64,000 nt of DNA, from positions 1 through 64,000 of IMG/VR virus record IMGVR_UViG_3300012202_000039. One strand, 5' to 3'. The DNA is from a virus. Positions within the stretch are counted from its first letter, which is position 1; every line of letters starts with the position of its first letter. The notes beneath the pieces are model-generated. The model made no database searches and was not told where the DNA came from. It saw only the letters and a program-made list of their open reading frames with translations. The translations under genes and the position numbers were made by a program. Shown in pieces: positions 1 to 8,493 of the stretch.

Positions 1-1
1 A

Positions 2-247
2 GCTATAATTAAAGAAGGAATATCTCTACTAAAAGATGGGTATTTCACCGTAACCAATATCGGTTCGGAACAAAGTACACTAGAAATCTTTAATACTAAC
101 CAAGGTTTGTATTTTAGACGAGATTATTTCTTCGGTAATGAAGAAATATTCAAAGCCCTAGTTACAAATAAATATGGGGATAGTCAGATTGCGAAGATGT
201 ATCTATTAACTATAGAACTAGCTAAACTAAGGTTTAACCTAAACTAA
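2..247 (+). CDS. 3' end of a pentapeptide-repeat family protein (partial; paralogue of 283..993)
   Basis: Manual translation AIIKEGISLLKDGYFTVTNIGSEQSTLEIFNT...MYLLTIELAKLRFNLN* closely matches the C-terminal domain of 283..993. Confidence 0.85.
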   Translation, partial: AIIKEGISLLKDGYFTVTNIGSEQSTLEIFNTNQGLYFRRDYFFGNEEIFKALVTNKYGDSQIAKMYLLTIELAKLRFNLN

Positions 248-282
248 ACACAGTCTGAACCCTAACTAACTGGAGACTTAAG

Positions 283-993
283 ATGAAAACTATAGAAATT
301 AAAGATATCAGAGGTAATCTACTATATAGTATAAAAATTCCCGATAATACTCCTGAAGATCAAGAAATTAAGGTAGCTTTGGAAAAATTAGTCTATCTAA
401 GAGTTAATCTAGACAGAGCTGACCTAGAAGGGATTGATCTAGCAGGAGCTAATCTAAAAGGAGTTGACTTACGAGAAGCTCATCTAAAAGGAGCTAATCT
501 ACTAGGAACTAATCTACGAAACGCTAGACTACTAGGAACTAATCTACAAGGAGCTAATCTACAAGGAGCTTGCCTAACAGGAGCTAGTCTTTATAGATCT
601 AACCTAGAAAGAGCTAATCTACGAGGAGTTGATCTAGAAGAAGCTTACTTACGGGAAGCTAACTTTTATAAAGCTGAACTAAAAGGAGCTAACCTAATAG
701 GAGTTGACTTATTATGTACTAACTTAGAAAGAGCTAACTTAGAAGAAGCTACAATCAAAGAAGGTATTACTTTACTGAAAGATGGGTATTTCACCGTAAC
801 TAATATCGGTTTGGAACAAGGTACACTAGAAGTTTTTAACACCAAAGTTGGTTTATATTTTAAACAAGATTGTTTTTTTGGTAACGAAGCGGAGTTTACA
901 GCCGCGATTACCGATAAACATGGAGATAATCAAATTGCTAAAATGTATCTATTAACTATAGAACTAGCCAAACTTAGGTTTAACCTAAACTAA
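283..993 (+). CDS. Pentapeptide-repeat protein
   Basis: Long run of A(N/D)LxG-type pentapeptides (ADLEG IDLAG ANLKG...) with 15-nt periodicity; GGAG RBS. Confidence 0.9.
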   Translation: MKTIEIKDIRGNLLYSIKIPDNTPEDQEIKVALEKLVYLRVNLDRADLEGIDLAGANLKGVDLREAHLKGANLLGTNLRNARLLGTNLQGANLQGACLTGASLYRSNLERANLRGVDLEEAYLREANFYKAELKGANLIGVDLLCTNLERANLEEATIKEGITLLKDGYFTVTNIGLEQGTLEVFNTKVGLYFKQDCFFGNEAEFTAAITDKHGDNQIAKMYLLTIELAKLRFNLN

Positions 994-1024
994 ACACAGT
1001 CTGAACTAATACTAGGAGATTAAA

Positions 1025-1348
1025 ATGCCTTTTATACCGATCACGACTGAACAGTATGAGAGAGCTATTTCAGAAGTTAAAAAAGTACGACGAGTACAGG
1101 CTAAAAGAGTGTGCATTTATGTTAATAATTTAGGTATTACAAACATAACTTTATATTTAGATAATAACATACATATATCATTTTCAAGTTCTGTTTTAAC
1201 AGAATGGAAAGAACTAACTAGTAAGCAACTGGAAACTATTCATTTATCGGCAACTGAAGATGCTTTGGCCGTCGATGATAGTGATGTACATATTTCCATT
1301 GCTGGGCTATTAAGGGATATATTTACTAGTGTAGTTACGATTACATAG
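1025..1348 (+). CDS. DUF2442-like (antitoxin-type) protein
   Basis: Pattern LxxLTSKQLETIHLSATEDALAVDDSDVHISIAGLLRDIF resembles the DUF2442 consensus. Confidence 0.55.
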   Translation: MPFIPITTEQYERAISEVKKVRRVQAKRVCIYVNNLGITNITLYLDNNIHISFSSSVLTEWKELTSKQLETIHLSATEDALAVDDSDVHISIAGLLRDIFTSVVTIT

Positions 1349-1377
1349 AACGTTTGAACTAAATGTAGGAGATTTCT

Positions 1378-1662
1378 ATGTTTTTTGTGAATGAGTTAAT
1401 TCAAACGAAGAATGGACACAAAGGTAAAGTTATTTATACAGATTTCATTGAAAATGAAGACGATAAACCACTAATAGTGGTGCTTATCTATGATTTAAGT
1501 ATAGAAGATACATATATGGGTAAAAATACCTTGCTTTTCTATTCTCAAGATGGAAATTTAATTAGTGATTTACCTGACGATGATGATCTAGACTTGATTG
1601 TACCTGAACAAGTTTTTCATAATTTTATAAAGGAAAAACTTAGTACTCAAATTTGCATATAA
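1378..1662 (+). CDS. Hypothetical acidic protein
   Basis: ORF track; AGGAG RBS. Confidence 0.7.
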   Translation: MFFVNELIQTKNGHKGKVIYTDFIENEDDKPLIVVLIYDLSIEDTYMGKNTLLFYSQDGNLISDLPDDDDLDLIVPEQVFHNFIKEKLSTQICI

Positions 1663-1696
1663 ATGTTTGAACTAAAAGTAAAAACGGAGTAAAGTT

Positions 1697-1843
1697 ATGC
1701 CAATTAAGTTGTTCTTTTCGTGTAGAGAAGAAATGTACCAATTTTTCTTAATATTTATTTTACCAGATCAAACTATTAAGCACGTAGTATTAAACTACAA
1801 CATCAATGAAATTACGGTATTTAAAGATAATCGTATAGCATAA
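1697..1843 (+). CDS. Small hypothetical protein (48 aa, MPIKLFFSCREEMYQFFLIF...)
   Basis: Manual translation; GGAG RBS; flanked by motif copies at 1665 and 1846. Confidence 0.65.
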   Translation: MPIKLFFSCREEMYQFFLIFILPDQTIKHVVLNYNINEITVFKDNRIA

Positions 1844-1870
1844 ACGTCTGAACTAACAAGAGTAACTAAA

Positions 1871-2425
1871 ATGTATATTGTAATTGAAGATGTATACGGT
1901 GATATTTTACATGAAGTTAATATTAACGATAACACGCCCTTAGATCAAAGAATTAAGGTAGCCGTCGAACAATTAGTTAAAGAAGATAAAAGTTTAGCTT
2001 ATGCCGATTTATCTTATTGCAATCTGCAAAGAGTTGATCTTAGAAGAGCAAATTTAAATCAGGCAAATTTAAAAGGAGCAGATCTAACTGATGCTAATCT
2101 AGATTATACTGAACTAGAAAACGCATATTTAGGTAAAGCCAATCTAACAGGTGTTTGTTTAATCGCAGCTCTTATGAAAAATACTTTATTAAATGCTGCC
2201 ATTATAGAGCAAGATATTATCTTAGTAGCTAAGGATAATTATTTTATCATAGACGACGTAGAGATATTCAATACTAATAAAGGTCCCTATTTTAGATACA
2301 CAGAATTTTTTGGAAATGCAGAAAAATTTGAAATGTTTATAAATAGAACTTTTGAATATAACAATATAGTTAAATATTATCTAAATATACTTAAGCTAGC
2401 TAAATACGCTTTTTCTGATAGATAA
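1871..2425 (+). CDS. Pentapeptide-repeat protein (diverged paralogue)
   Basis: ADLSY CNLQR VDLRR ANLNQ ANLKG repeats; N-terminal (DNTPLDQRIKVAVEQLV) and C-terminal domains match 283..993. Confidence 0.9.
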   Translation: MYIVIEDVYGDILHEVNINDNTPLDQRIKVAVEQLVKEDKSLAYADLSYCNLQRVDLRRANLNQANLKGADLTDANLDYTELENAYLGKANLTGVCLIAALMKNTLLNAAIIEQDIILVAKDNYFIIDDVEIFNTNKGPYFRYTEFFGNAEKFEMFINRTFEYNNIVKYYLNILKLAKYAFSDR

Positions 2426-2452
2426 ATCTAGTCTGAACTAACGGAGGTTATC

Positions 2453-2776
2453 ATGACTAAAAGCCTAAATGAGGCCATTAAGTCACTATCACCAGAAATT
2501 CAAATGTTTATAAATAACAGACATAAAGAAATTCGTGAAAAATATTTAGCTATGCTAAAGACCAAGTTAGACAGACTCTTAAAATACTATGAGATAGATA
2601 CAGACAGATTTATTGAACAATATAGTTTAGATAGTGTAGTACCAGCGATTTGCATGAATGAAGATTGTAATAACATAGATAATATGGAACCTGATCAAGG
2701 CGAAGGCTATTGTGAAGAATGTCACACTAATACTGTGGTGAGCGGTCTAATTCTTATAGAAGAATTACATGAATAA
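2453..2776 (+). CDS. Zn-ribbon protein with HigA/XRE-antitoxin-like N-terminal helix
   Basis: CMNEDC...CEEC Zn ligands; N-terminus MTKSLNEAIKSLSPE resembles antitoxin N-termini. Confidence 0.5.
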   Translation: MTKSLNEAIKSLSPEIQMFINNRHKEIREKYLAMLKTKLDRLLKYYEIDTDRFIEQYSLDSVVPAICMNEDCNNIDNMEPDQGEGYCEECHTNTVVSGLILIEELHE

Positions 2777-2810
2777 TCGTTTGAACTAATACTAAAAGGA
2801 TAATAACTTA

Positions 2811-2996
2811 ATGAAGCAATCATCGTATAATGATTTGCGAGACTCACTAATACAGGATCTGATTGACGTAAGTGAAGAAGTAATAGGGTTACGTAAGATA
2901 ACTCCAGGATATTTTAAACCTATAGATAGATTAGAAATTATTTTAGATGCTTGTCAACGTAATAAAATCAGAGATATTTTGTTTAATAAAAATTAA
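2811..2996 (+). CDS. Hypothetical protein
   Basis: ORF track; AAGGA RBS after motif copy 2779. Confidence 0.6.
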   Translation: MKQSSYNDLRDSLIQDLIDVSEEVIGLRKITPGYFKPIDRLEIILDACQRNKIRDILFNKN

Positions 2997-3088
2997 GGAT
3001 ATTTATAAAGAGTATAAAAATACAGAAGATTTTGATGAATTTCAAGAAGAACTACACCGTGCGATCACGCTAATCTAAGGCGCAGGAA

Positions 3089-3352
3089 ATGACGCAAGAG
3101 TTGAAGACCGTTTGTGTACAGATGACTCAGAAAAATTATGATCGTCTAGTTAGTCTACGTGACCTTACCGATGCTAGTGGTGACACTGAGGTAATTGCTA
3201 ATGCTCTTCGTCTCTACGAAGATATCGTAGAAAAATATAGGGAAGGAACTACTTTTTATGTTATGAAAGATGGTCTCAGTATGCCGGAGTTATCTTCTTC
3301 TCACGAAGACTACGAAATATATGAGATGTTCATCTGTAGTGAATTTAAATAG
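3089..3352 (+). CDS. Ribbon-helix-helix (CopG-like) DNA-binding protein
   Basis: Beta-strand KTVCVQM followed by helices DRLVSLRDLT..DTEVIANALRLYE. Confidence 0.6.
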   Translation: MTQELKTVCVQMTQKNYDRLVSLRDLTDASGDTEVIANALRLYEDIVEKYREGTTFYVMKDGLSMPELSSSHEDYEIYEMFICSEFK

Positions 3353-3369
3353 GCAGTAAATATAAAAAT

Positions 3370-3402
3370 AAAATGCGTAGGATTAAATCCTACGCATTTT
3401 TG
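3370..3402 (+). terminator. Intrinsic terminator
   Basis: AAAATGCGTAGGAT-TAA-ATCCTACGCATTTT inverted repeat with T tail. Confidence 0.85.
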
Positions 3403-3449
3403 TTGTTCAGGTAAATATGTAGATAAGTTATTAAATTTTAGGAGAAAAG

Positions 3450-4778
3450 ATGAAACTTCTAAGTCCTAAAATTGAATTGAAAATATTAAAAACATTATTA
3501 ATTAATAAAAATCCTCAAGTTTCCGCTTTATTACTTTCTACCCTATCTAAAGATGATTTCTATTATCCTCCCACTCAAGTAGCTTTTGAGCGTACTTTAC
3601 TCTTAACTAAGAAAAAATCTCGTCCACCAACTTGGGACGAGATTGTTCATGATCCTACAATCGACGAAGATAATCGCCTAGTTTTACAGAAGTTTAAAAC
3701 TAGAGGTTATTCTGATACAGATCGGGCTAAGATTGGTTTATCTATTTTAGAAAAATACAAGAAGTTTAGACAATTCGCCTATCTATCTAACGACATTATG
3801 AAAGAGTTAAAGAAACCTAAGATAGATTTTGAGAAATTAACCAAGAAAACAACAGATGAACTAACTAAAATTAAGACACATACCGATAAAGATAACTGCT
3901 TTTTTCATGTAGGTAAAGGTGGAAACTCTTTAAAACTAGTTAAACGCGTACTAAAAGGTAATAGTAATAAATACATACCTACTGGCTTTAAGACTTATGA
4001 TGATACTAACCATGGATTTGCTCGTGGCAGTGTAGCGTTAATTTGTGGAACTACCGGTGCGGGTAAGACTCTATTAGCACGACAGATACAAAGAAATATG
4101 TCCGATCGTGGATTGATTAAGACATGTTTCGTATCTCTAGAGATGGATGAAGAGGAGAATATACAGCGTGATTTAGCTAATATTTCTGATACATCATTAT
4201 TAGATATTATAGCCTCAAAAACTCGCTTAACTAAGACGCAAAAAGATAATATTGAAAAATTATTTGTACGACGGAATAGGTTACTTAAACAAAAACAAGT
4301 AACTGAGACTACATTTATTCCTCCAGAAGATTATACTATGGAGGAAATTCTATTTCTTCTTAAACCATATGGCTATGATGTAATTTTTATCGATTATATC
4401 GGATTATTAGGTGGGATGGATGGCGATCTTCAGTGGCAAAAACTAGGAGAAGCTGTACGTTTCGCTAAGATGTTTGCTAAACATACTAATACATTAATAA
4501 TTATTAATGCACAATTATCAGAAGAAATGGTTATTAGGTATTCTAAAGCGCTTAAAGAGCACGCCTCGAATATGTGGGCCTTCTCTTATTCAGAAAACAA
4601 TATAATTTTTATTGATCAACAGAAAGCAAGACAAGGTAAACGCTTTAGATTTCCTTTGTATTCTGATCATGATAAAATGGCTGTTAGAGATTTAAGGGAC
4701 GTGGAACTTCAAAATATAGAGCAACAACAAGATAGTAATCAAACTAATAAGAATAAACCATCCTACGCTAAGAAATAA
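3450..4778 (+). CDS. dnaB: DnaB-like replicative helicase
   Basis: IPTGF, Walker A GTTGAGKT, FVSLEM, Walker B VIFIDY, NAQL and QKARQG motifs. Confidence 0.9.
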   Translation: MKLLSPKIELKILKTLLINKNPQVSALLLSTLSKDDFYYPPTQVAFERTLLLTKKKSRPPTWDEIVHDPTIDEDNRLVLQKFKTRGYSDTDRAKIGLSILEKYKKFRQFAYLSNDIMKELKKPKIDFEKLTKKTTDELTKIKTHTDKDNCFFHVGKGGNSLKLVKRVLKGNSNKYIPTGFKTYDDTNHGFARGSVALICGTTGAGKTLLARQIQRNMSDRGLIKTCFVSLEMDEEENIQRDLANISDTSLLDIIASKTRLTKTQKDNIEKLFVRRNRLLKQKQVTETTFIPPEDYTMEEILFLLKPYGYDVIFIDYIGLLGGMDGDLQWQKLGEAVRFAKMFAKHTNTLIIINAQLSEEMVIRYSKALKEHASNMWAFSYSENNIIFIDQQKARQGKRFRFPLYSDHDKMAVRDLRDVELQNIEQQQDSNQTNKNKPSYAKK

Positions 4779-4813
4779 GTAATTTATGTCATCTCCTTAA
4801 AAGGAATATTAAA

Positions 4814-5359
4814 ATGTTAGCTAGTCAAGAAGATCTGGTTACTGCTTTAGTTAATAAAGATCCTACTTTTCAAGTGTCAGATCATTTTACGGTTAAAGAA
4901 CTAGTTTATAGTGAAACTGCGGTTAATAAAGGGATTGATAATTATCCTAACGATATTAACGCTCCCATTCCTTTAAGTGAAATAGCTAGTAACCTTCTTA
5001 TTTTAATACAAGATATTTTGGAACCTATTCGTGTTAAACTGGCTATTCCATTTTCACCTAACTCTTGTTTTCGTTGCTATGATCTTAATCAAGCTTTAGG
5101 AAGTAAAGATACCTCACAACATTTATTAGGTCAAGCGGCTGATTTAGATATTCCAGGTATTTCTACGGTAGATTTCGGTTATTGGTGTCAGAAAGAAGGT
5201 AGTTTATCTAATGGATTCGGACAATTAATTTTAGAAGCTATTACTCCTGGTGTAGCCTCTTCTGGTTGGATTCATTTATCTATTAAGAATATTAAATATA
5301 ATAATCAGGTTTTAACGATAACTAATCGTGGTGTTACAAAGTTAGGATATAATCCTTAA
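4814..5359 (+). CDS. Peptidase M15 family Zn peptidase, probable endolysin
   Basis: HFTVKEL, FRC..LN..LG, SQH..GQAAD and WIHLS motifs. Confidence 0.85.
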   Translation: MLASQEDLVTALVNKDPTFQVSDHFTVKELVYSETAVNKGIDNYPNDINAPIPLSEIASNLLILIQDILEPIRVKLAIPFSPNSCFRCYDLNQALGSKDTSQHLLGQAADLDIPGISTVDFGYWCQKEGSLSNGFGQLILEAITPGVASSGWIHLSIKNIKYNNQVLTITNRGVTKLGYNP

Positions 5360-5380
5360 AAATTAAGGTAATAAAATGTT

Positions 5381-5734
5381 ATGTACTTACATGATGCAGT
5401 TAATTTAAGATCTGTTATTAGTAATACAAGTCCTATTCGCATAGATATACCTAATATATTTATTCTATTAAAAATAGAGTATGTTTTCTTATATTATATG
5501 TCTTTGAAGATTAGGCGAGAATGTAATTATCAAATACATATTAAGACGATAAAAGATTTTTATATTAAAGTAGATTATTTTAATAAATCTTTTATTATTA
5601 TTACATTTCCACTTAACGATATACGTACAGATGATGTCATCTTAGCCTTATTAAATAAAGTTTATGAAATAACTAATAAACCTCTTTATATGTTAGATAG
5701 AAAAGGTAAGCGTATAGATATTAATACAAATTAA
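5381..5734 (+). CDS. Hypothetical protein
   Basis: ORF track only. Confidence 0.55.
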   Translation: MYLHDAVNLRSVISNTSPIRIDIPNIFILLKIEYVFLYYMSLKIRRECNYQIHIKTIKDFYIKVDYFNKSFIIITFPLNDIRTDDVILALLNKVYEITNKPLYMLDRKGKRIDINTN

Positions 5735-5745
5735 GGAGTATTATT

Positions 5746-5913
5746 ATGCAGTTAAATAAGTTAGAAGAAAATAAACATGAATGGTATACTTATGATTTTA
5801 TGAAGTATGAATGCTGCCGCAAATGTGGTATAATTCGTCGCAGTGATGATAAAAATAATCCATGTAAAAATGAAATGGCTTTAAGGGATTCAGAAGGCAA
5901 TAAATATGTCTGA
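5746..5913 (+). CDS. Small Cys/His-rich protein (55 aa)
   Basis: Manual translation MQLNKLEENKHEW...CCRKCG...PC; AGGAG RBS. Confidence 0.65.
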   Translation: MQLNKLEENKHEWYTYDFMKYECCRKCGIIRRSDDKNNPCKNEMALRDSEGNKYV

Positions 5914-6310
5914 ACTAATAGCTACTTATTTTCCTGGTGATGATTATTTATTTTGTAGCGAACAAGAAGAAGTAGAATATGATATTTTATATGTAGATGT
6001 ATGTTTATCTTTACAATTATCTAAAGACAAGCGTCTAGTCGGGTTACAAATTAATAATTATTCTTTCCTTATTAAAAGATTTATTAACATATATAATTCT
6101 TTAATGTTAAAGTCATATAGACAAGGTAAAGAAGTACGAATATCTACTTTATTAGAAATAAGCTTGACTGCTGGATTATTATCTTTTGTTATAGATGAAA
6201 CTAAGGATAAAGAAGATTTTCAAAGATTAAATCATTATTATGGATTAGCTAAGGCTTTTACTGATCATTATAAATTGAAGATGAAGATAAATAATAACGA
6301 TCAACTATGA
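5906..6310 (+). CDS. Hypothetical protein (weak DUF2283-like N-terminus)
   Basis: YFPGDDYLF...RLVGLQI pattern. Confidence 0.5.
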   Translation: MSELIATYFPGDDYLFCSEQEEVEYDILYVDVCLSLQLSKDKRLVGLQINNYSFLIKRFINIYNSLMLKSYRQGKEVRISTLLEISLTAGLLSFVIDETKDKEDFQRLNHYYGLAKAFTDHYKLKMKINNNDQL

Positions 6311-6318
6311 CGTTAATC

Positions 6319-6352
6319 AGGTTGGATTACAGCTGTAATCCAACCTTTTCTT
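6319..6352 (+). terminator. Intrinsic terminator (perfect 28-bp palindrome)
   Basis: AGGTTGGATTACAG|CTGTAATCCAACCT followed by TTTCTT. Confidence 0.8.
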
Positions 6353-6375
6353 CGTTTAGCTCCTAATTTAGTAAC

Positions 6376-6867
6376 ATGAGACAGCGTAAACCGCGCCAAT
6401 CTAAAGTAGCTATTAGATTTCTTGAAGATATCCAAAGAAAATTTGATTTACCGTATATTTATCACGCTAAAAATGGTGGTGAAGTAGAAATTAATTATTT
6501 TAAGGTAGATGGTTTTATAAAAGAATTTAATCTAATTTTAGAATTTCATGGTAGTTGCTGGCACGGTAATATATCCGTGTACAAAGATAAGGATCGTTGT
6601 AATCCACGTAATCGTAAAGTAACAGCTAGATATTTATATAATAAGACTTTAGCTAGAGAGAAAACTTTATGTGATTTAGGATTTAACGTCGCAGTAATAT
6701 GGGATTATCAATACAAAAATAAGAAATTATTTAATAAATGGTGTGATCAATTTAGACAATATATAAAATCCTCTAACAAATTTTATTTATCGTCGACTGA
6801 AGAATTACCTATATTACGAAAAAAGCCTAGTGCTGACTTAAATTTTAAGAGTATATTGGAGTTTTAA
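6376..6867 (+). CDS. Vsr-like PD-(D/E)XK endonuclease
   Basis: YHAKNGGE...KVDGF...LEFHGSCWHG...LGFNVAVIWD. Confidence 0.75.
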   Translation: MRQRKPRQSKVAIRFLEDIQRKFDLPYIYHAKNGGEVEINYFKVDGFIKEFNLILEFHGSCWHGNISVYKDKDRCNPRNRKVTARYLYNKTLAREKTLCDLGFNVAVIWDYQYKNKKLFNKWCDQFRQYIKSSNKFYLSSTEELPILRKKPSADLNFKSILEF

Positions 6868-6909
6868 TCATGATATATAAATCATATAATCCTTTAAGGA
6901 AAAATAATA

Positions 6910-8082
6910 ATGGCCGACAATATTTGGTTACGCGATTATCTCGGTGTGAATACCCTCCTTAGAACTAAAGATACTGGTTCGGGACATTCACTATTAACCT
7001 GTTTAGGTGATGCTACAGGTAATTATTTTTCTTCTAATAGTCCATTACCAGTATCTATTACTGGTTCAGCCACTATAATGGCTACGGTTGATAATGTAGA
7101 GTTATCAGTTAACGACGCTGACGTTAACTCGGGTAATCCTCTACCAGTAAGTATAGTTGGTGCTAGTTCTAGTAGTGTTGGTTTATTATTAAATAATATG
7201 GCTTTAACTTCATCGAATGCCTTACCAGTTAGTATATCTGGATCGAGTACCGTTAATGGTAACGTAGGTTTATTAGTTAATAGTGCTAGTATTACTTCAT
7301 CTAATTCACTTCCAGTTAGCATTGTTGGATCTACAAATTTAGCAGTCACGGTAGATAACGTAGAATTAACGGTGAATGATGCAGATGTCACTTCGAGTAA
7401 TCCCTTACCAGTTAGTATAGTTGGAGCTAGTGCTTCTAGCGTTGGTTTATTAGTTAATAGTAGTGAATTAACTACCTCAAATTCACTTCCAGTCAGTATT
7501 GTGGGGTCTAGTGCCTATAATGTTGGATTACTACTTAATAGTGCTAGTTTAACTTCTTCAAATGCGTTACCGGTTAGCGTAGTTGGAGCCAGTTCTAGTA
7601 ACGTAGGATTATTAATTAATAATAGCAGCGTTACAACATCTAACTCCATACCTGTCAGTATAGTGGGATCTAGTGGTACCAATAACGTTAATGTAGTGAC
7701 ATTACCAGCTACGCCTGCGGGTACAAATTTAATTGGTAAAGTCTCTCTTCAAGAAAATAGTTCGGATATATCATCTAGTAACCCTCTAGATGTACAAGCT
7801 AATCCTAAGCGTGGTACAGCTACAGATCGTAGTGGTACTATTACTTTAGGTGGTACTGCGCAGTCTTTAATGTCTTCTAACGCTAACCGTAATTATCTTT
7901 ATGTGCAGAATAATTCTATTGGTGATATCTGGATTAATTTTACGACTACCGCAGTAGTAGGACAGCCTTCTATACGAATTATTTCTTTAAATGTATTTGA
8001 AATGAAAACTTTCGTATCTACTGAAGCTATGTCTATTATAGGTGCAACTTTAGGTCAAGCTTTTACGGCAAAGGAAGGTTAA
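6910..8082 (+). CDS. Repeat-containing probable virion protein
   Basis: About 8 imperfect ~29-aa repeats (SSNxLPVSIVG...VGLLxN) plus a beta-rich C-terminal domain. Confidence 0.65.
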   Translation: MADNIWLRDYLGVNTLLRTKDTGSGHSLLTCLGDATGNYFSSNSPLPVSITGSATIMATVDNVELSVNDADVNSGNPLPVSIVGASSSSVGLLLNNMALTSSNALPVSISGSSTVNGNVGLLVNSASITSSNSLPVSIVGSTNLAVTVDNVELTVNDADVTSSNPLPVSIVGASASSVGLLVNSSELTTSNSLPVSIVGSSAYNVGLLLNSASLTSSNALPVSVVGASSSNVGLLINNSSVTTSNSIPVSIVGSSGTNNVNVVTLPATPAGTNLIGKVSLQENSSDISSSNPLDVQANPKRGTATDRSGTITLGGTAQSLMSSNANRNYLYVQNNSIGDIWINFTTTAVVGQPSIRIISLNVFEMKTFVSTEAMSIIGATLGQAFTAKEG

Positions 8083-8481
8083 ATGCCCTCGTATAAATAT
8101 GGTAATGAACGCTATAGTGAAGCAGTTCTGAGTGCACAGAATACTTTCTGTGCACCATTTTGTCCAGTTAAAGCGATGAACATGTCTATTCAGATTCCAG
8201 CCTCCGGAGGAGCTTGGTCAGGTACATTAACGCTACAAAAAAGTTACAATTATTTTAAATATTTAAATAATCCTGGTCAAGGTTTTGACGGCCCAACCGT
8301 AGCCGCAGCTAGCGCAACCTGGCAAGATACTACTATGAGTGTCGCTAGTGGTACTGTAGTAGAAAGTACGAATATTATTGAGTCAGAACAATATACTTAT
8401 TATAGATTAGGTTTTAAAACAGGTAATTATACTAGTGGTTCCGTGTACGTTAGATTAGGTAGTACAAATTTTTGGTATTAA
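8083..8481 (+). CDS. Probable virion beta-sandwich protein
   Basis: WSGTLTLQKS...YRL...YTSGSVYVRL; translationally coupled to the previous gene. Confidence 0.5.
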   Translation: MPSYKYGNERYSEAVLSAQNTFCAPFCPVKAMNMSIQIPASGGAWSGTLTLQKSYNYFKYLNNPGQGFDGPTVAAASATWQDTTMSVASGTVVESTNIIESEQYTYYRLGFKTGNYTSGSVYVRLGSTNFWY

Positions 8482-8493
8482 AGTTGAGGTATT

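Larger units (their letters stand above)
253..2789 (+). repeat. Dispersed intergenic motif GTYTGAAC(TAA), 7 copies, each between a stop codon and the next RBS
   Basis: Copies at 253, 999, 1352, 1665, 1846, 2431 and 2779, starting 22-32 nt upstream of the next ATG. Confidence 0.9.

Noticed and set aside
253-2789. CRISPR array or integron attC array
   Set aside because: The repeat is only 8-11 nt and the spacers are whole genes; there are no attC-style RYYYAAC/GTTRRRY inverted arms and no cas or integrase gene in the window
5908-5918. Eighth exact copy of GTCTGAACTAA
   Set aside because: It lies within overlapping coding sequence (ATG TCT GAA CTA) with no following RBS, so it is probably coincidental
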